64,000 nt of DNA, taken from assembly GCA_963717435.1 (NCBI GenBank), contig OY970332.1, positions 192,001-256,000 of the forward strand, written 5' to 3'. Shown here piece by piece: positions 30,421 through 40,476 of the stretch. This stretch comes from an uncultured bacterium (lineage in GTDB: Bacteria; Babelota; Babeliae; Babelales; Babelaceae). The position numbers and the translations under genes were made by a program. Within the stretch, counting starts at the first letter, position 1; each line of letters starts with the position of its first letter. Under the pieces are notes generated by a model. That model worked only from the letters and a program-made list of their open reading frames with translations. It was not told the DNA's origin and did no database searches.

Positions 30421-30825
30421 TTATTTTTGCTTAAAAAGCTCTTTGCTTTTTTCTTCAACAACCTTGTCTATCACTTCTCTAATAATTTTGTAAAACTTCT
30501 CACATAACATAGAATTGCCCAAACATCTGGACTTAACCTCACTAAATATGGGAAAAGTCTCAGCGTCAACAATTCTTGTGTGAAGAGTCAATTCGATATG
30601 ATCCCTAATCTCTGATTCTGATTTTACGTGTTTAAACCCACTTAAAAAGCTAGCATCGCTGTGCAAAAACTTATTTATCTCTTGTCCGGCTTTTTCGATC
30701 ATAGAATCAGTATCAGACTGCGAAAACCCTTGTTCTCTAGCATCACCAGCACCACTTTCTTTCTCCATAGCGACAACAGATAAGTTGGCAAGAATAATCG
30801 TCGATAAAAACAAATATTTTTTCAT
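30421..30825 (-). CDS. Exported hypothetical protein (paralogue pair)
   Basis: MKKYLFLS signal peptide ending VAMEK; similar to 30861-31256. Confidence 0.75.
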   Translation of the reverse strand: MKKYLFLSTIILANLSVVAMEKESGAGDAREQGFSQSDTDSMIEKAGQEINKFLHSDASFLSGFKHVKSESEIRDHIELTLHTRIVDAETFPIFSEVKSRCLGNSMLCEKFYKIIREVIDKVVEEKSKELFKQK

Positions 30826-30860
30826 GTTTATTTTCTCAAAATTGATATCTAAATTTTTAT

Positions 30861-31256
30861 TTAGTTGAGAGAAAGTTCTTTAGCTTTTTTGTCTACAAAT
30901 TCGCTCTCCAACTTAGTCATAACTGTCACAAATTTCTCATTTAAGACGCGATCGTCTTTACACTTCGACAGGGCAGAATTAAATAACGGAAAATTTTGGG
31001 CATTACGAGTACGTATACTTAATACCCAATCAATGTGCCCTCTAAGCTGCGATTTTGTTTTCATTGATGTTGATTTGCAGTCATTTGCCAGTTCGAGATC
31101 GTCATAAAGAAATTTACTTATCTCTTGCCTGGCCTGCTCGATCACAGAATCAATATCAGGCTGTGAAACTTGCTGCTCGATGGAAATATTTTCTGTCATA
31201 GAAAAAAGAGACAAATTGGGGAGCATAAGAATAGATAAAAACAAATATTTTTTCAT
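30861..31256 (-). CDS. Exported hypothetical protein (paralogue pair)
   Basis: Shared SQ.D.DS.IE.A.QEI.KFL, R.HI, FP.F and K.KEL segments. Confidence 0.75.
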   Translation of the reverse strand: MKKYLFLSILMLPNLSLFSMTENISIEQQVSQPDIDSVIEQARQEISKFLYDDLELANDCKSTSMKTKSQLRGHIDWVLSIRTRNAQNFPLFNSALSKCKDDRVLNEKFVTVMTKLESEFVDKKAKELSLN

Positions 31257-31435
31257 AATTTCTCCAAAATATTAACAATAAAAATTCAGGGTATAGTATA
31301 CACTATAAAGTTAAAAAACAAGCTCTCAAAGTATAAAATCTCGTATTAAAATCTCTTTGGAGTAATTTATTTATTTATAGTAACTTAATTTTTATAAATT
31401 AATTATAAATCTGGGAAATAATCTGGGAAGTAGTA

Positions 31436-32350
31436 ATGGGAAAAGCAAATTTTAAAAAATTATTAATTTTAACTATTTTTATAAGCTCGCAATTATCAAA
31501 TTCATATGCAATATCGATCGTATATAACTTCAGAATTGCGCAAATTACAAAGCAGCCAATAGCTGATCCTACAACAAATCTAGACAATAAAAAATATACA
31601 GTCTTGGGTCTGGTTTTTGATGTCTATCAAAAAAAATATACCCTAGGTATAACACAAAATTTTGCAGGCGCATTGGGCGCATTTACTTATAATTTTAAGC
31701 CCTACTTTTTTAGAACAGATTTTGCTGTGTCCCACATAAAGGCAAAAGCTTATGATACAACAACTTTTTCTGGGACCGAAGCAGATGATATTCTTTTTAC
31801 TTTTGGACGCAATTTTGTAATTAATGACAAATCGCGCGTGACGTTATCGGGTCTATTTGGGGTGCCTACTCACAGAATTACTACTTTAGAACATGTTGGT
31901 TTTGGGTACGGCCAAATTGGTTTAGGCGCGCAATTTGACGGAACATACAGATTTGATCATGTTCATCATCTTCTTTACGGCACGCGTTATATATATTTCG
32001 CGCCGCGAAATGCACTTGATGCAACATGCAAGAGTTACAAATTTACAATCGGAAACGTGGCTGATTTGTTACTCGCCCTTAATAACAGGTGGGTAAAGCA
32101 TGGCGTTGAATTTGGTTATACTGCAAGATTCGATTTCGGTTCCCATATAACTCCAAATTTAGATGATATAGTCGAAAAAACTAATTATATAAGAAACAAC
32201 TTTTATCTTGTTTATAAATATAAATTTAAGATTCACGAAACTAATAATAGACTTCTATTCAATATTGCCTACGGCTTTGATAGCAAACCTAAAAGATTTG
32301 GCAATAAATATATTATTACTTTTTGGGGATCTTATAGTGTAAATTTTTAA
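31436..32350 (+). CDS. Putative outer-membrane beta-barrel protein
   Basis: Signal peptide, aromatic-rich strands, C-terminal YSVNF. Confidence 0.6.
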   Translation: MGKANFKKLLILTIFISSQLSNSYAISIVYNFRIAQITKQPIADPTTNLDNKKYTVLGLVFDVYQKKYTLGITQNFAGALGAFTYNFKPYFFRTDFAVSHIKAKAYDTTTFSGTEADDILFTFGRNFVINDKSRVTLSGLFGVPTHRITTLEHVGFGYGQIGLGAQFDGTYRFDHVHHLLYGTRYIYFAPRNALDATCKSYKFTIGNVADLLLALNNRWVKHGVEFGYTARFDFGSHITPNLDDIVEKTNYIRNNFYLVYKYKFKIHETNNRLLFNIAYGFDSKPKRFGNKYIITFWGSYSVNF

Positions 32351-32351
32351 C

Positions 32352-32732
32352 TTAATCTATTTTTGATTTAACAAATTCAAGAATTTGCCCAGCATACTTA
32401 ATAGCAATTTCAACTGTCGCAATATCAGGCAACACGAAATTGTCATCAGGATACCTACTTTCTGTAAGATATGGATTCAATTGAATGGCAATTTCTGAAA
32501 GATCTAAAAACTCTTTATCAAAATTACTGCATTGCTTGACCAGCAAAAGCAAATCATGAGTTCTCACAATTTTTTGGCCTTTAAAAATCAAATAACCTTT
32601 TAAAGCCTTTTCAGCACATTGTTGCGTAAGAAAAATAGCGGGAGGAACGACGGCATCGGCGCCAGAAATCAATTTTTTTGCCCCATTTATATCTTGCTCT
32701 GCTATAAATAACCAATCATTATGCTTTTGCAT
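32352..32732 (-). CDS. HEPN domain protein
   Basis: WLFIAEQD, QQCAEKALKG, RTHDL, LNPY..SRYP. Confidence 0.9.
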   Translation of the reverse strand: MQKHNDWLFIAEQDINGAKKLISGADAVVPPAIFLTQQCAEKALKGYLIFKGQKIVRTHDLLLLVKQCSNFDKEFLDLSEIAIQLNPYLTESRYPDDNFVLPDIATVEIAIKYAGQILEFVKSKID

Positions 32733-33039
32733 AGATTAATAACCCCTTGTTTTTTATTTTATAGCAAAACTTTGTAACATCTTGAGAATATTGGTCAAAC
32801 TCGTCTTTGGTGAAAATCAAAATATCTTTGCCAATATCCAAGTTCATGAGAGCTCTGTGCCCATCAACCAACATATCATGTCTGCTTTTGGTATAATCAT
32901 CGACAACGACTAATAAATCCAAGTCACTTTCTTCATCTGGCTTACCCCAAGCGTAGGAACCAAAAACATAAATTTCTAAAGGGTTATAAGTAGAGATTAA
33001 TTTGGTTTTGACCTCTTCTAATATTTTATTATTTATCAT
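32719..33039 (-). CDS. Minimal nucleotidyltransferase (MNT), partner of HEPN
   Basis: VFGSYAWG...SDLDLLVV; overlaps the HEPN start. Confidence 0.9.
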   Translation of the reverse strand: MINNKILEEVKTKLISTYNPLEIYVFGSYAWGKPDEESDLDLLVVVDDYTKSRHDMLVDGHRALMNLDIGKDILIFTKDEFDQYSQDVTKFCYKIKNKGLLIYAKA

Positions 33040-33089
33040 AATTTAACTTTATTTTAGTTTGATATTAACAATATAATATTAACAAATTT

Positions 33090-34589
33090 TTAATTTGCTC
33101 CAAACAGCTTGCTGAATTCTTTGGCAATAACTTTAAGCTGTTCCAAAATTTTTGGAGAAATATCTTGTGTGTCGAAAATATTTTGATAAACATCAGAGTA
33201 AACGTTGTTAACGTAGCTTACAAACTGTAATGCAAACTTGCGAACCTCTTTTACTGGAATTTTATCAAGCATATTTTCGCGGAGCAGATAAAGCATCAAA
33301 GATTGGTCAACAAAGTTAAATGTCTGATACTGATCCTGCTTGAAAAGCTCTTCGATAATCGCACCGCGAGCCAATCTTTTTTGGGAAATAATATCAAGCT
33401 CTGTGCCAAATTGTGCAAAATCTAAAAGCTCATGATATTGTGCAAGCTCAAGTTTAAGTGCTTTAGTGACAGACTTAATAGCTTTAGTTTGCGCAGCACT
33501 GCCAACACGTGAAACAGAAATTTCAACGTTAACAGCTGGTCTTATGCCGTTATTAAATCTCTTAGTGTCCAAAAATATTTGACCATCAGTTATAGAAATC
33601 AAGTTTGTTGGAATATACGCCGTAATGTCATCGCTTTGAACTTGAACTATGGGAAGCGCGGTTATCGAGCCACCTTTTTCTAATTTACCCGCACGCTCAA
33701 GCAATCTTGAATGCAGATAAAAAATATCTCCCGGATACGCTTCACGACCGGGTGAACGGCGCATTAAAAGTGACATCTCACGATATGCAATAGCATGATT
33801 TGAAAGATCATCATAAACTATTAACACGTCGCGACCTTCATCTCTGAAATGCTCAGCTATAGTGCAGCCGACATATGCTGCCAAATATCTATCAAGCGCC
33901 GCTTCAGATGCATCGGCGCTTACAACAACTGTGTAGCCAAGTGAACCATTTTCATCAAGAAGTCTTACTGTGCGGGCCAAGCTTGCTTGCCTGCCGCCGA
34001 TAGAGACATAAATACAGATTACGTTTTTGCCTTTTTGATGCAAAATCGCATCGAGAGCCATGGCAGTTTTTCCGGTATTTCTGTTGCCAATAATTAACTC
34101 ACGTTGCCCTTTTCCTATTGGAATAAGAGCATCAACGACCATAATTCCTGTTTCCAAAGATTCGTTAATTGGGCTTCGTTCGATAATACCCGGAATATCA
34201 ACTTCGATTGGCCTGTATTGATTTGTTTTTAATTCCCCAAGACCATCAATTGGGTTACCTATCGCATTTATTACTCGTCCTAGCAGAGAATCGCCAACAG
34301 GTGCTTTGAAAACGGACCCTGTTCTTTTTGCTATTTCTAATTCGGCAACATTAATATGAGCATAAATTAAGAATACTGTAATATAATCTTCGTCCATATT
34401 CAAAACTATGCCTTGGTTGCCGCCATCAAATTTTATGAGCTCGCCATACATTGCATTGGTCAAACCATGAACTTTACAAATTGAATCACCAACTTGGACA
34501 ACAAAACCAATTTCTTCTATATTTCGATCGGGAAAATCTTCAAGAGATTTTTCAAAAAGTGATACCAGATCTGTAGCTTTTAAATGCAT
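33090..34589 (-). CDS. atpA: F0F1 ATP synthase subunit alpha
   Basis: PIGKGQRELIIG, YDDLS, PGREAYPGD, YIPTNLISITDGQ. Confidence 0.97.
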   Translation of the reverse strand: MHLKATDLVSLFEKSLEDFPDRNIEEIGFVVQVGDSICKVHGLTNAMYGELIKFDGGNQGIVLNMDEDYITVFLIYAHINVAELEIAKRTGSVFKAPVGDSLLGRVINAIGNPIDGLGELKTNQYRPIEVDIPGIIERSPINESLETGIMVVDALIPIGKGQRELIIGNRNTGKTAMALDAILHQKGKNVICIYVSIGGRQASLARTVRLLDENGSLGYTVVVSADASEAALDRYLAAYVGCTIAEHFRDEGRDVLIVYDDLSNHAIAYREMSLLMRRSPGREAYPGDIFYLHSRLLERAGKLEKGGSITALPIVQVQSDDITAYIPTNLISITDGQIFLDTKRFNNGIRPAVNVEISVSRVGSAAQTKAIKSVTKALKLELAQYHELLDFAQFGTELDIISQKRLARGAIIEELFKQDQYQTFNFVDQSLMLYLLRENMLDKIPVKEVRKFALQFVSYVNNVYSDVYQNIFDTQDISPKILEQLKVIAKEFSKLFGAN

Positions 34590-34591
34590 AA

Positions 34592-35137
34592 TTATCCTTT
34601 AAAACGACGTTTCAATGGTTCCAATTGTTGACGTACCGAATATTCCCACAATGCTGCGTCAGTATTAAGTCTGACACCCGCTATAAGAGATTTATCTAAA
34701 ATATATTTATAGTGAATACTTAGACCCAATTTTTCTTGAAAAGAATTTTCTATCGCTTTTTTTGTTGCGTTATCAAGCTCGTGGGAATATCTAAATTGGG
34801 CCTCTGCTATCTTATTTTTCTTATTATAAATTATTATAACCTGGGCCAGCACATGTGAAATAATTTGAACTCTATTTTTAACGAGCAAAACATCAAGAAG
34901 TTTTTCAAGAACAGTATTATCAAGTTCAAAACCGGCAAAAAGTTTAAGCAAAACTTCCCGTTTTTTTTTATTCGGGATCGTAGACATTCTCAAATATACT
35001 TCTGATTGCTTATGGGATTTGAGAAATTCTGATAGTTCAGAAAGCTTTACTATAAAATCGGGCTTAATATCTTTTTTGAAGATATTTAAAAAAGCAGTTG
35101 CATATTTGCGTGATAAAACGCGTATATCTACTATCAT
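34592..35137 (-). CDS. atpH: ATP synthase subunit delta
   Basis: SRKYATA N-terminus, DKSLIAGV; lies directly upstream of atpA. Confidence 0.8.
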   Translation of the reverse strand: MIVDIRVLSRKYATAFLNIFKKDIKPDFIVKLSELSEFLKSHKQSEVYLRMSTIPNKKKREVLLKLFAGFELDNTVLEKLLDVLLVKNRVQIISHVLAQVIIIYNKKNKIAEAQFRYSHELDNATKKAIENSFQEKLGLSIHYKYILDKSLIAGVRLNTDAALWEYSVRQQLEPLKRRFKG

Positions 35138-35631
35138 TTTGAACTCTTTTTTAAGGACCCAGTACTCGCTACAATTTTAGACATATAATCTTTTGCATTT
35201 GATCCAGAACTATAATAGTTATAAAGTTCTTGCTCTAGCCCATTTAAAATATCTGGCAGCATTTGTGCTTCTATTTTTTCTTGTTCGTATCTTCTAAGTT
35301 GATAAGATATTTTACTATTAAGAGCTGATCTTAATTGCTGAACCTGTTCAATTTTATAATCTCGTTTTTTTTCAAAATTCTCTTTCCACAACACAACTCT
35401 TGTGTTAAAAGCTTCACAGCTTTCAAGCTCTTTTTCTGTGTCAGATTTTGCAATATTTAATTTTAGAGAGTTTTCTTTTTGGGTAAACTCAAGCGTATCG
35501 AGATTATCTTTTTCTTCTTTAATTTTATTTTTAATATCTTGAAGATAAAATTTTTTAAAGCAATATATTATAATCGCTAAAAAAACAAATAAATGGGAAA
35601 ATCTAAAAAAAATATCAAGATTCATGGGCAC
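35134..35631 (-). CDS. atpF: ATP synthase subunit b-like
   Basis: N-terminal TM plus coiled coil; operon position. Confidence 0.6.
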   Translation of the reverse strand: MPMNLDIFFRFSHLFVFLAIIIYCFKKFYLQDIKNKIKEEKDNLDTLEFTQKENSLKLNIAKSDTEKELESCEAFNTRVVLWKENFEKKRDYKIEQVQQLRSALNSKISYQLRRYEQEKIEAQMLPDILNGLEQELYNYYSSGSNAKDYMSKIVASTGSLKKSSK

Positions 35632-36001
35632 TTTCCAGAACTAAGTTTTTAAGATCCTGAATAACTGCTTTTTTATCAATCTTTTCATGCTTTGCATGAA
35701 TATCTGATTCGATCTTTTGAAGCTCAAGATAATCTGGCTTAAACGGGCTCAAATTTAATTCGACTATATCTGGCTTATGAGCATTGGCCTGCACACGACA
35801 ATCTTGTAAAACTTTCTCTTGCCGTTCTTTTTCATGTCTAATTTCTTTAGCTGCCGTATCTATTTTCTTCTCAATAGATTTTTTGTGAGCCATTTCTGAT
35901 TCAACAACAATCACAGCGGGCTTTAAAAATATTCTTTTAAAGAGCCAGTAAAAAAACAGAAAGTTGATCGCCTGAACAAATAATGTCCCATTAATCAGCA
36001 T
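35615..36001 (-). CDS. ATP synthase subunit b/b'
   Basis: INGTLFVQAINF...KRIFLKP, a typical b-subunit N-terminus. Confidence 0.75.
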   Translation of the reverse strand: MLINGTLFVQAINFLFFYWLFKRIFLKPAVIVVESEMAHKKSIEKKIDTAAKEIRHEKERQEKVLQDCRVQANAHKPDIVELNLSPFKPDYLELQKIESDIHAKHEKIDKKAVIQDLKNLVLESAHES

Positions 36002-36004
36002 AGA

Positions 36005-36262
36005 TTAAACCGCCCAGTATCCAACCGCAATAAGACCTATCGCAACTATAAGTAAATAAACTGAAGAAGTTTCGATCATACCCAGCGCTGCAATCATGGC
36101 CCCTCTTATATTACTTGCGCTTTCAGGATATTTCCCTATATTTTCACAAGCAGTTGAACCAACTTTACCTTGAGCAAATGTGGGCCCTAAAACACCAATT
36201 CCTAAAACAAATGCTGCGCCCAAATATGCCGCAATTTTAACATAAGCTATTGTATTTTCCAT
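36005..36262 (-). CDS. atpE: ATP synthase subunit c
   Basis: Gly-rich helix, KYPE loop, conserved Glu in IETSSVY; GAGG RBS. Confidence 0.92.
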   Translation of the reverse strand: MENTIAYVKIAAYLGAAFVLGIGVLGPTFAQGKVGSTACENIGKYPESASNIRGAMIAALGMIETSSVYLLIVAIGLIAVGYWAV

Positions 36263-36372
36263 ATCGCACCTCAGTATATTAATACACCAATTACAAATTT
36301 TATTAATATTAATCTAACCAACAATATCAGTTCTTTACAATATATCTTTTATATCTTTAATCTTTAAAGTTT

Positions 36373-37141
36373 TTAAATTACTTGTGCCTCTTTAAAATTA
36401 AAATTCTTAAAAACAAAGTCTTCAACAAATTCAGTTTTGGCCAACTTTGTTGGATTAAACCCATAAGATTTATCCAAGAAAGCCAATATTTTCAACATAT
36501 TTTCTTTTTGTAAGTTTATATCATTTTCAAAATCTTTGTTGCAATCAAGAACCAAAACTGGAACGTCATAAAGCTTGTCAGAAATATCCAATTTATTTAC
36601 GAGCCAATCTTCATGCTTTTTGTGCAACAACTTAATATATTCAAGTGGAATCTCTGCTTCTTCAGATCTGCTTCTTTTTTTAATTCTAGAAAAACAGACA
36701 TCTGGGTCAGTTTGCAAATATATAAACCCGGATGGGGGAGTAGAATAGTTTTCTATGAGCCAAGAGAACCATTCTTTATAAAGTTCCCATTCAAGATCGG
36801 TCATAATTCCAAGTTCATAACAGTTTTTGGCAAAACAGTATCTATCAGAATAAACTGACCGCTCAAGTATCTGTATCCCATTAGAAGCAAAATGGGCCTC
36901 TTGCTCCAAAAACTCGGGACACAAAAGCATAAGACTGGAAAGTATATGCCCATCGTTTGGGATCTTTATAGAACTGCTCTAATAGATTATGCCCCGCAAC
37001 GTTTTGCCATTTTTGATGTGGTTCATAAATGATTTGAATATCAAGATATTGGGAAATTATCTTTAAAAAAGTCGACTTGCCCGCCCCTATGTTACCCTCA
37101 ACCAAGAAACTCTTTTTTGCTGCGCGAGCATCAGTAGACAT
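36373..37141 (-). pseudogene. Deoxynucleoside kinase, frameshifted in a homopolymer at 36908-36912
   Basis: VEGNIGAGKST, EP..KW and RWAYTFQ in ORF 36881-37141; ERSVYSD, FIYLQT and RSRSEE in ORF 36373-36930. Confidence 0.9.
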
Positions 37142-37310
37142 TTTTAAAGCCCTTAAGTTTTAAAAGTTTTTATAAATACTAAAATATACTAGCCAAATTT
37201 TATTAAATAACATCTTAACTCTGGGCAAAACAAAAATCGAATTTTTTTTAATTTTGGTTTTAAATTTAGTTTTTGTTGAACTTTTAAATTTTAACAAATA
37301 GTCTTCTATC

Positions 37311-37358
37311 CCGCTCGTCCCGAGTGTTTTTTCGTAGAAAAAATGTATCGAGGGATGG
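37311..37358 (+). repeat. Single palindromic repeat unit
   Basis: ccgctcgtcccgagtgttttttcgtagaaaaaatgtatcgagggatgg. Confidence 0.9.
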
Positions 37359-37580
37359 TGAAGGCTTAAGTAGCCGTTTTGCTTGTATATACAATCTACC
37401 AATATTACAGACCAGGCTAATAATCAAACCTGTAATTATTTAAACCTGAAACACTCCTAGGCTAATTATTGACAATTTGTAATCAAATTGGATAGTATTG
37501 AATTATATGGGTTATTTTACCAAATTTTGATTAATTTAGGTTAGTAGTATTAAGTATTTAATTTTTTATGTGAGGTTACG

Positions 37581-38765
37581 ATGAAATTCTTAAGATATCT
37601 TGGCATTAATATCGCTTTATTACTCACATCTTTTGGTTGCATTTTTGCAATGGAACAGGACATCAAACCTGCGCCCAAAATACCTGAAGGTGTCTTTCGA
37701 GAGTTAACTAAAGCCGGCATAACGATAAATGAGAACGCAAAAACAGAAAAAGAGATTTTTGCTATTGCAGATAAATTTATGAAAGCCGGTGGCGGTGCCG
37801 CAAAGTCTGTTTTAAATTTAGTTAAAGAGACTGGCTTAAAAAAAGGCTTTAAAGATTACACTTATGGCGATTTCAAAGCTGATATAATGGACGATATTAT
37901 TGATGTAAGGGCGAGATTAGAAGCTTGGAAAAAGGTTATAGAAGAACACCCTACTTATAATGACGAAAATTTTAAAGCAGTTTTCTCAAAATACCCAGAA
38001 ACAAAATTAATGTTGCTAAAGCAATTAGGCTATCCTAAAAATAAATTTTCTATAGCTGCTAAAGCCGAAGCATATAATTGGGCAAAACATCAGCTGAAAT
38101 ATGACAATGAGTTTAAAGAAGAGCTACAAGACTTGTTCGTCAGAACTTTCTTTGATACACAAAATATTGATCTTAAAGCACTTGAAGTGTTATTGAAATT
38201 TGGCGCAAATCCAGATGCTTATGAGATTGGCAATACGAAACTGGATTTTATAACATCTTGGAGGATTGTGAATCCTAGAGGCCACGAATATAGTGATGAT
38301 TCAAAACAATTAGAAATTTTAGAACTACTGTTAAAGTACGGAGCCAATCCGAATATTAAGTCTAATGGCCTTTCCCTTGGCAGGAATATTCACAGGAACA
38401 GCGGCATGTATCCTAATTATCCATTACACAGAGTTTTGCTTTGGAAGGAGGTATCTCTTAATAATGATATAAGAAACGAAGTCTTTCAGGACCGCTTAGA
38501 TGTTGTAAAGTTATTATTAAAATATGGAGCTAACCCTAATCTAAAAGATCCTAGTGGGGCAAAACCTATTGATTATGCAAAAAGTCTTTTAAAATATCTT
38601 CAAGGAACAGTTGGTTATTATTCTGGTCTTGGCAAAGAAGATGAAAAAACAAAAATTGTTAAGCAGATAATTAAATTGCTTGAAGAAGAGATGGCAAAGC
38701 CTGATAAAAAAAGAGCGCAAGAGAAAGAAGAAAATCCGCATATCGGCATGTATATGATGGAATAA
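37581..38765 (+). CDS. Exported ankyrin-repeat protein (tandem copy 1)
   Basis: LLKFGANPD, LLLKYGANPN twice, YPLH; signal peptide ending FAMEQ. Confidence 0.88.
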   Translation: MKFLRYLGINIALLLTSFGCIFAMEQDIKPAPKIPEGVFRELTKAGITINENAKTEKEIFAIADKFMKAGGGAAKSVLNLVKETGLKKGFKDYTYGDFKADIMDDIIDVRARLEAWKKVIEEHPTYNDENFKAVFSKYPETKLMLLKQLGYPKNKFSIAAKAEAYNWAKHQLKYDNEFKEELQDLFVRTFFDTQNIDLKALEVLLKFGANPDAYEIGNTKLDFITSWRIVNPRGHEYSDDSKQLEILELLLKYGANPNIKSNGLSLGRNIHRNSGMYPNYPLHRVLLWKEVSLNNDIRNEVFQDRLDVVKLLLKYGANPNLKDPSGAKPIDYAKSLLKYLQGTVGYYSGLGKEDEKTKIVKQIIKLLEEEMAKPDKKRAQEKEENPHIGMYMME

Positions 38766-38782
38766 AATTTTGAGAGGTTACG

Positions 38783-39967
38783 ATGAAATTCTTAAGGTAT
38801 CTTAGCATTAATATCGCTCTATTACTCACATCTTTTGGTTGCATTTTTGCAATGGAACAGGACATCAAACCTGCGCCCAAAATACCTGAAGGTGTCTTTC
38901 GAGAGTTAACTAAAGCCGGCATAACGATAAATGAGAACGCAAAAACAGAAAAAGAGATTTTTGCTATTGCAGATAAATTTATGAAAGCCGGTGGCGGTGC
39001 CGCAAAATCTGTTTTAAATTTAGTTAAAGAGACGGGATTAAAAAAAGGCTTTAAAGATTACACTTATGGCGATTTTAAAGCTGACATCATGGACGCCATT
39101 ATTGATGTAAGGGCGAGATTAGAAGCTTGGAAAAAGTATATAGAAGAATACCCTATTTATAATAGTGAAGATTTTAAAGCAGTTTTCTCAAAATACCCAG
39201 AAACAAAATTAATGTTGCTAAAGCAATTAGGCTATCCTAAAAATAAATTTTCTATAGCTGCTAAAGCCGAAGCATATAATTGGGCAAAACATCAGCTGAA
39301 ATATGACAATGAGTTTAAAGAAGAGCTACAAGACTTGTTCGTCAGAACTTTCTTTGATACACAAAATATTGATCTTAAAGCACTTGAAGTGTTATTGAAA
39401 TTTGGCGCAAATCCAGATGCTTATGAGATTGGCAATACGAAACTGGATTTTATAACATCTTGGAGGATTGTGAATCCTAGAGGCCACGAATATAGTGATG
39501 ATTCAAAACAATTAGAAATTTTAGAACTACTGTTAAAGTACGGAGCCAATCCGAATATTAAGTCTAATGGCCTTTCCCTTGGCAGGAATATTCACGGGAA
39601 CAGCGGCATGTATCCGAATTATCCATTACACAGAGTTTTGCTTTGGAAGGAGGTATCTCTTGATAATGATATGAGAAACGAAGTCTTTCAGGACCGCTTA
39701 GATGTTGTAAAGTTATTATTAAAATATGGAGCTAATCCTAATCTAAAAGATCCTAGTGGGGCAAAACCTATTGATTATGCAAAAAGCCTTTTAAAATATC
39801 TTCAAGGAACAGTTGGTTATTATTCTGGTATTGGCAAAGAAGATGAAAACACAAAAATTGTTAAGCAGATAATTAAATTGCTTGAAGAAGAGATGGCAAA
39901 GCCTGCTAAAAAAAGAGCACAAGAGAAAGAAGAAAATCCGTATATCGGCATGTATATGATGGAATAA
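38783..39967 (+). CDS. Exported ankyrin-repeat protein (tandem copy 2)
   Basis: Same length and near-identical to copy 1, offset 1202 bp. Confidence 0.88.
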   Translation: MKFLRYLSINIALLLTSFGCIFAMEQDIKPAPKIPEGVFRELTKAGITINENAKTEKEIFAIADKFMKAGGGAAKSVLNLVKETGLKKGFKDYTYGDFKADIMDAIIDVRARLEAWKKYIEEYPIYNSEDFKAVFSKYPETKLMLLKQLGYPKNKFSIAAKAEAYNWAKHQLKYDNEFKEELQDLFVRTFFDTQNIDLKALEVLLKFGANPDAYEIGNTKLDFITSWRIVNPRGHEYSDDSKQLEILELLLKYGANPNIKSNGLSLGRNIHGNSGMYPNYPLHRVLLWKEVSLDNDMRNEVFQDRLDVVKLLLKYGANPNLKDPSGAKPIDYAKSLLKYLQGTVGYYSGIGKEDENTKIVKQIIKLLEEEMAKPAKKRAQEKEENPYIGMYMME

Positions 39968-40030
39968 AATTTGTGAATAATAATTGATTTTGATTATTAT
40001 AACAAACTTTACTTTGCTTCATACACCCGA

Positions 40031-40084
40031 CCCTTCGATACATTCTACTTCGCCAAGGCTACGTAGAACACTCAGGGCGAGCGG
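40031..40084 (-). repeat. Variant palindromic repeat unit
   Basis: cccttcgatacattctacttcgccaaggctacgtagaacactcagggcgagcgg. Confidence 0.8.
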
Positions 40085-40119
40085 GTGTGGTTTAATAATC
40101 AAGTTAAGATATAAGTTAT

Positions 40120-40161
40120 AAAAAAGGGGCGTTGTTATTTTAATAACCGGCCCCTTTTTTT
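40120..40161. terminator. Intrinsic terminator
   Basis: aaaaaggggc...gcccctttttt. Confidence 0.65.
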
Positions 40162-40230
40162 GTTGCCAATTTTATGGCACAAACTTGGCTAAAGTTCTTC
40201 TGAAACTAAATAAAGTTAATTATTGGCCGG

Positions 40231-40285
40231 ATCCCTCGATACATTTTTCTTAGCTCCACTTTCGAAAAACACTCGGGACGAGCGG
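40231..40285 (-). repeat. Single palindromic repeat unit inside additional inverted flanks
   Basis: atccctcgatacatttttc...gaaaaacactcgggacgagcgg; flanks attggccg / cggccaat. Confidence 0.88.
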
Positions 40286-40476
40286 CCAATTGTTTTTTAA
40301 AGTTTCAGGAAGATATCTACTATTAAACTTGACTCCAGGGGGGTACTTTGTCAAATTAACAAGAAGCTGCTATACTGTCTTTACTTTAATAGTCAAAAAC
40401 TCCTAAAAATACAGCTGTTTATAAAAAATTATTTAGTTCAAAAAGCTGTTATAAAATTTTTAATCAAGCGGATATT

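Noticed and set aside
37581-39967. Diversity-generating retroelement template/variable repeat pair
   Set aside because: Both copies are full-length genes, the differences are not confined to adenines of one copy, and no reverse transcriptase is in the window
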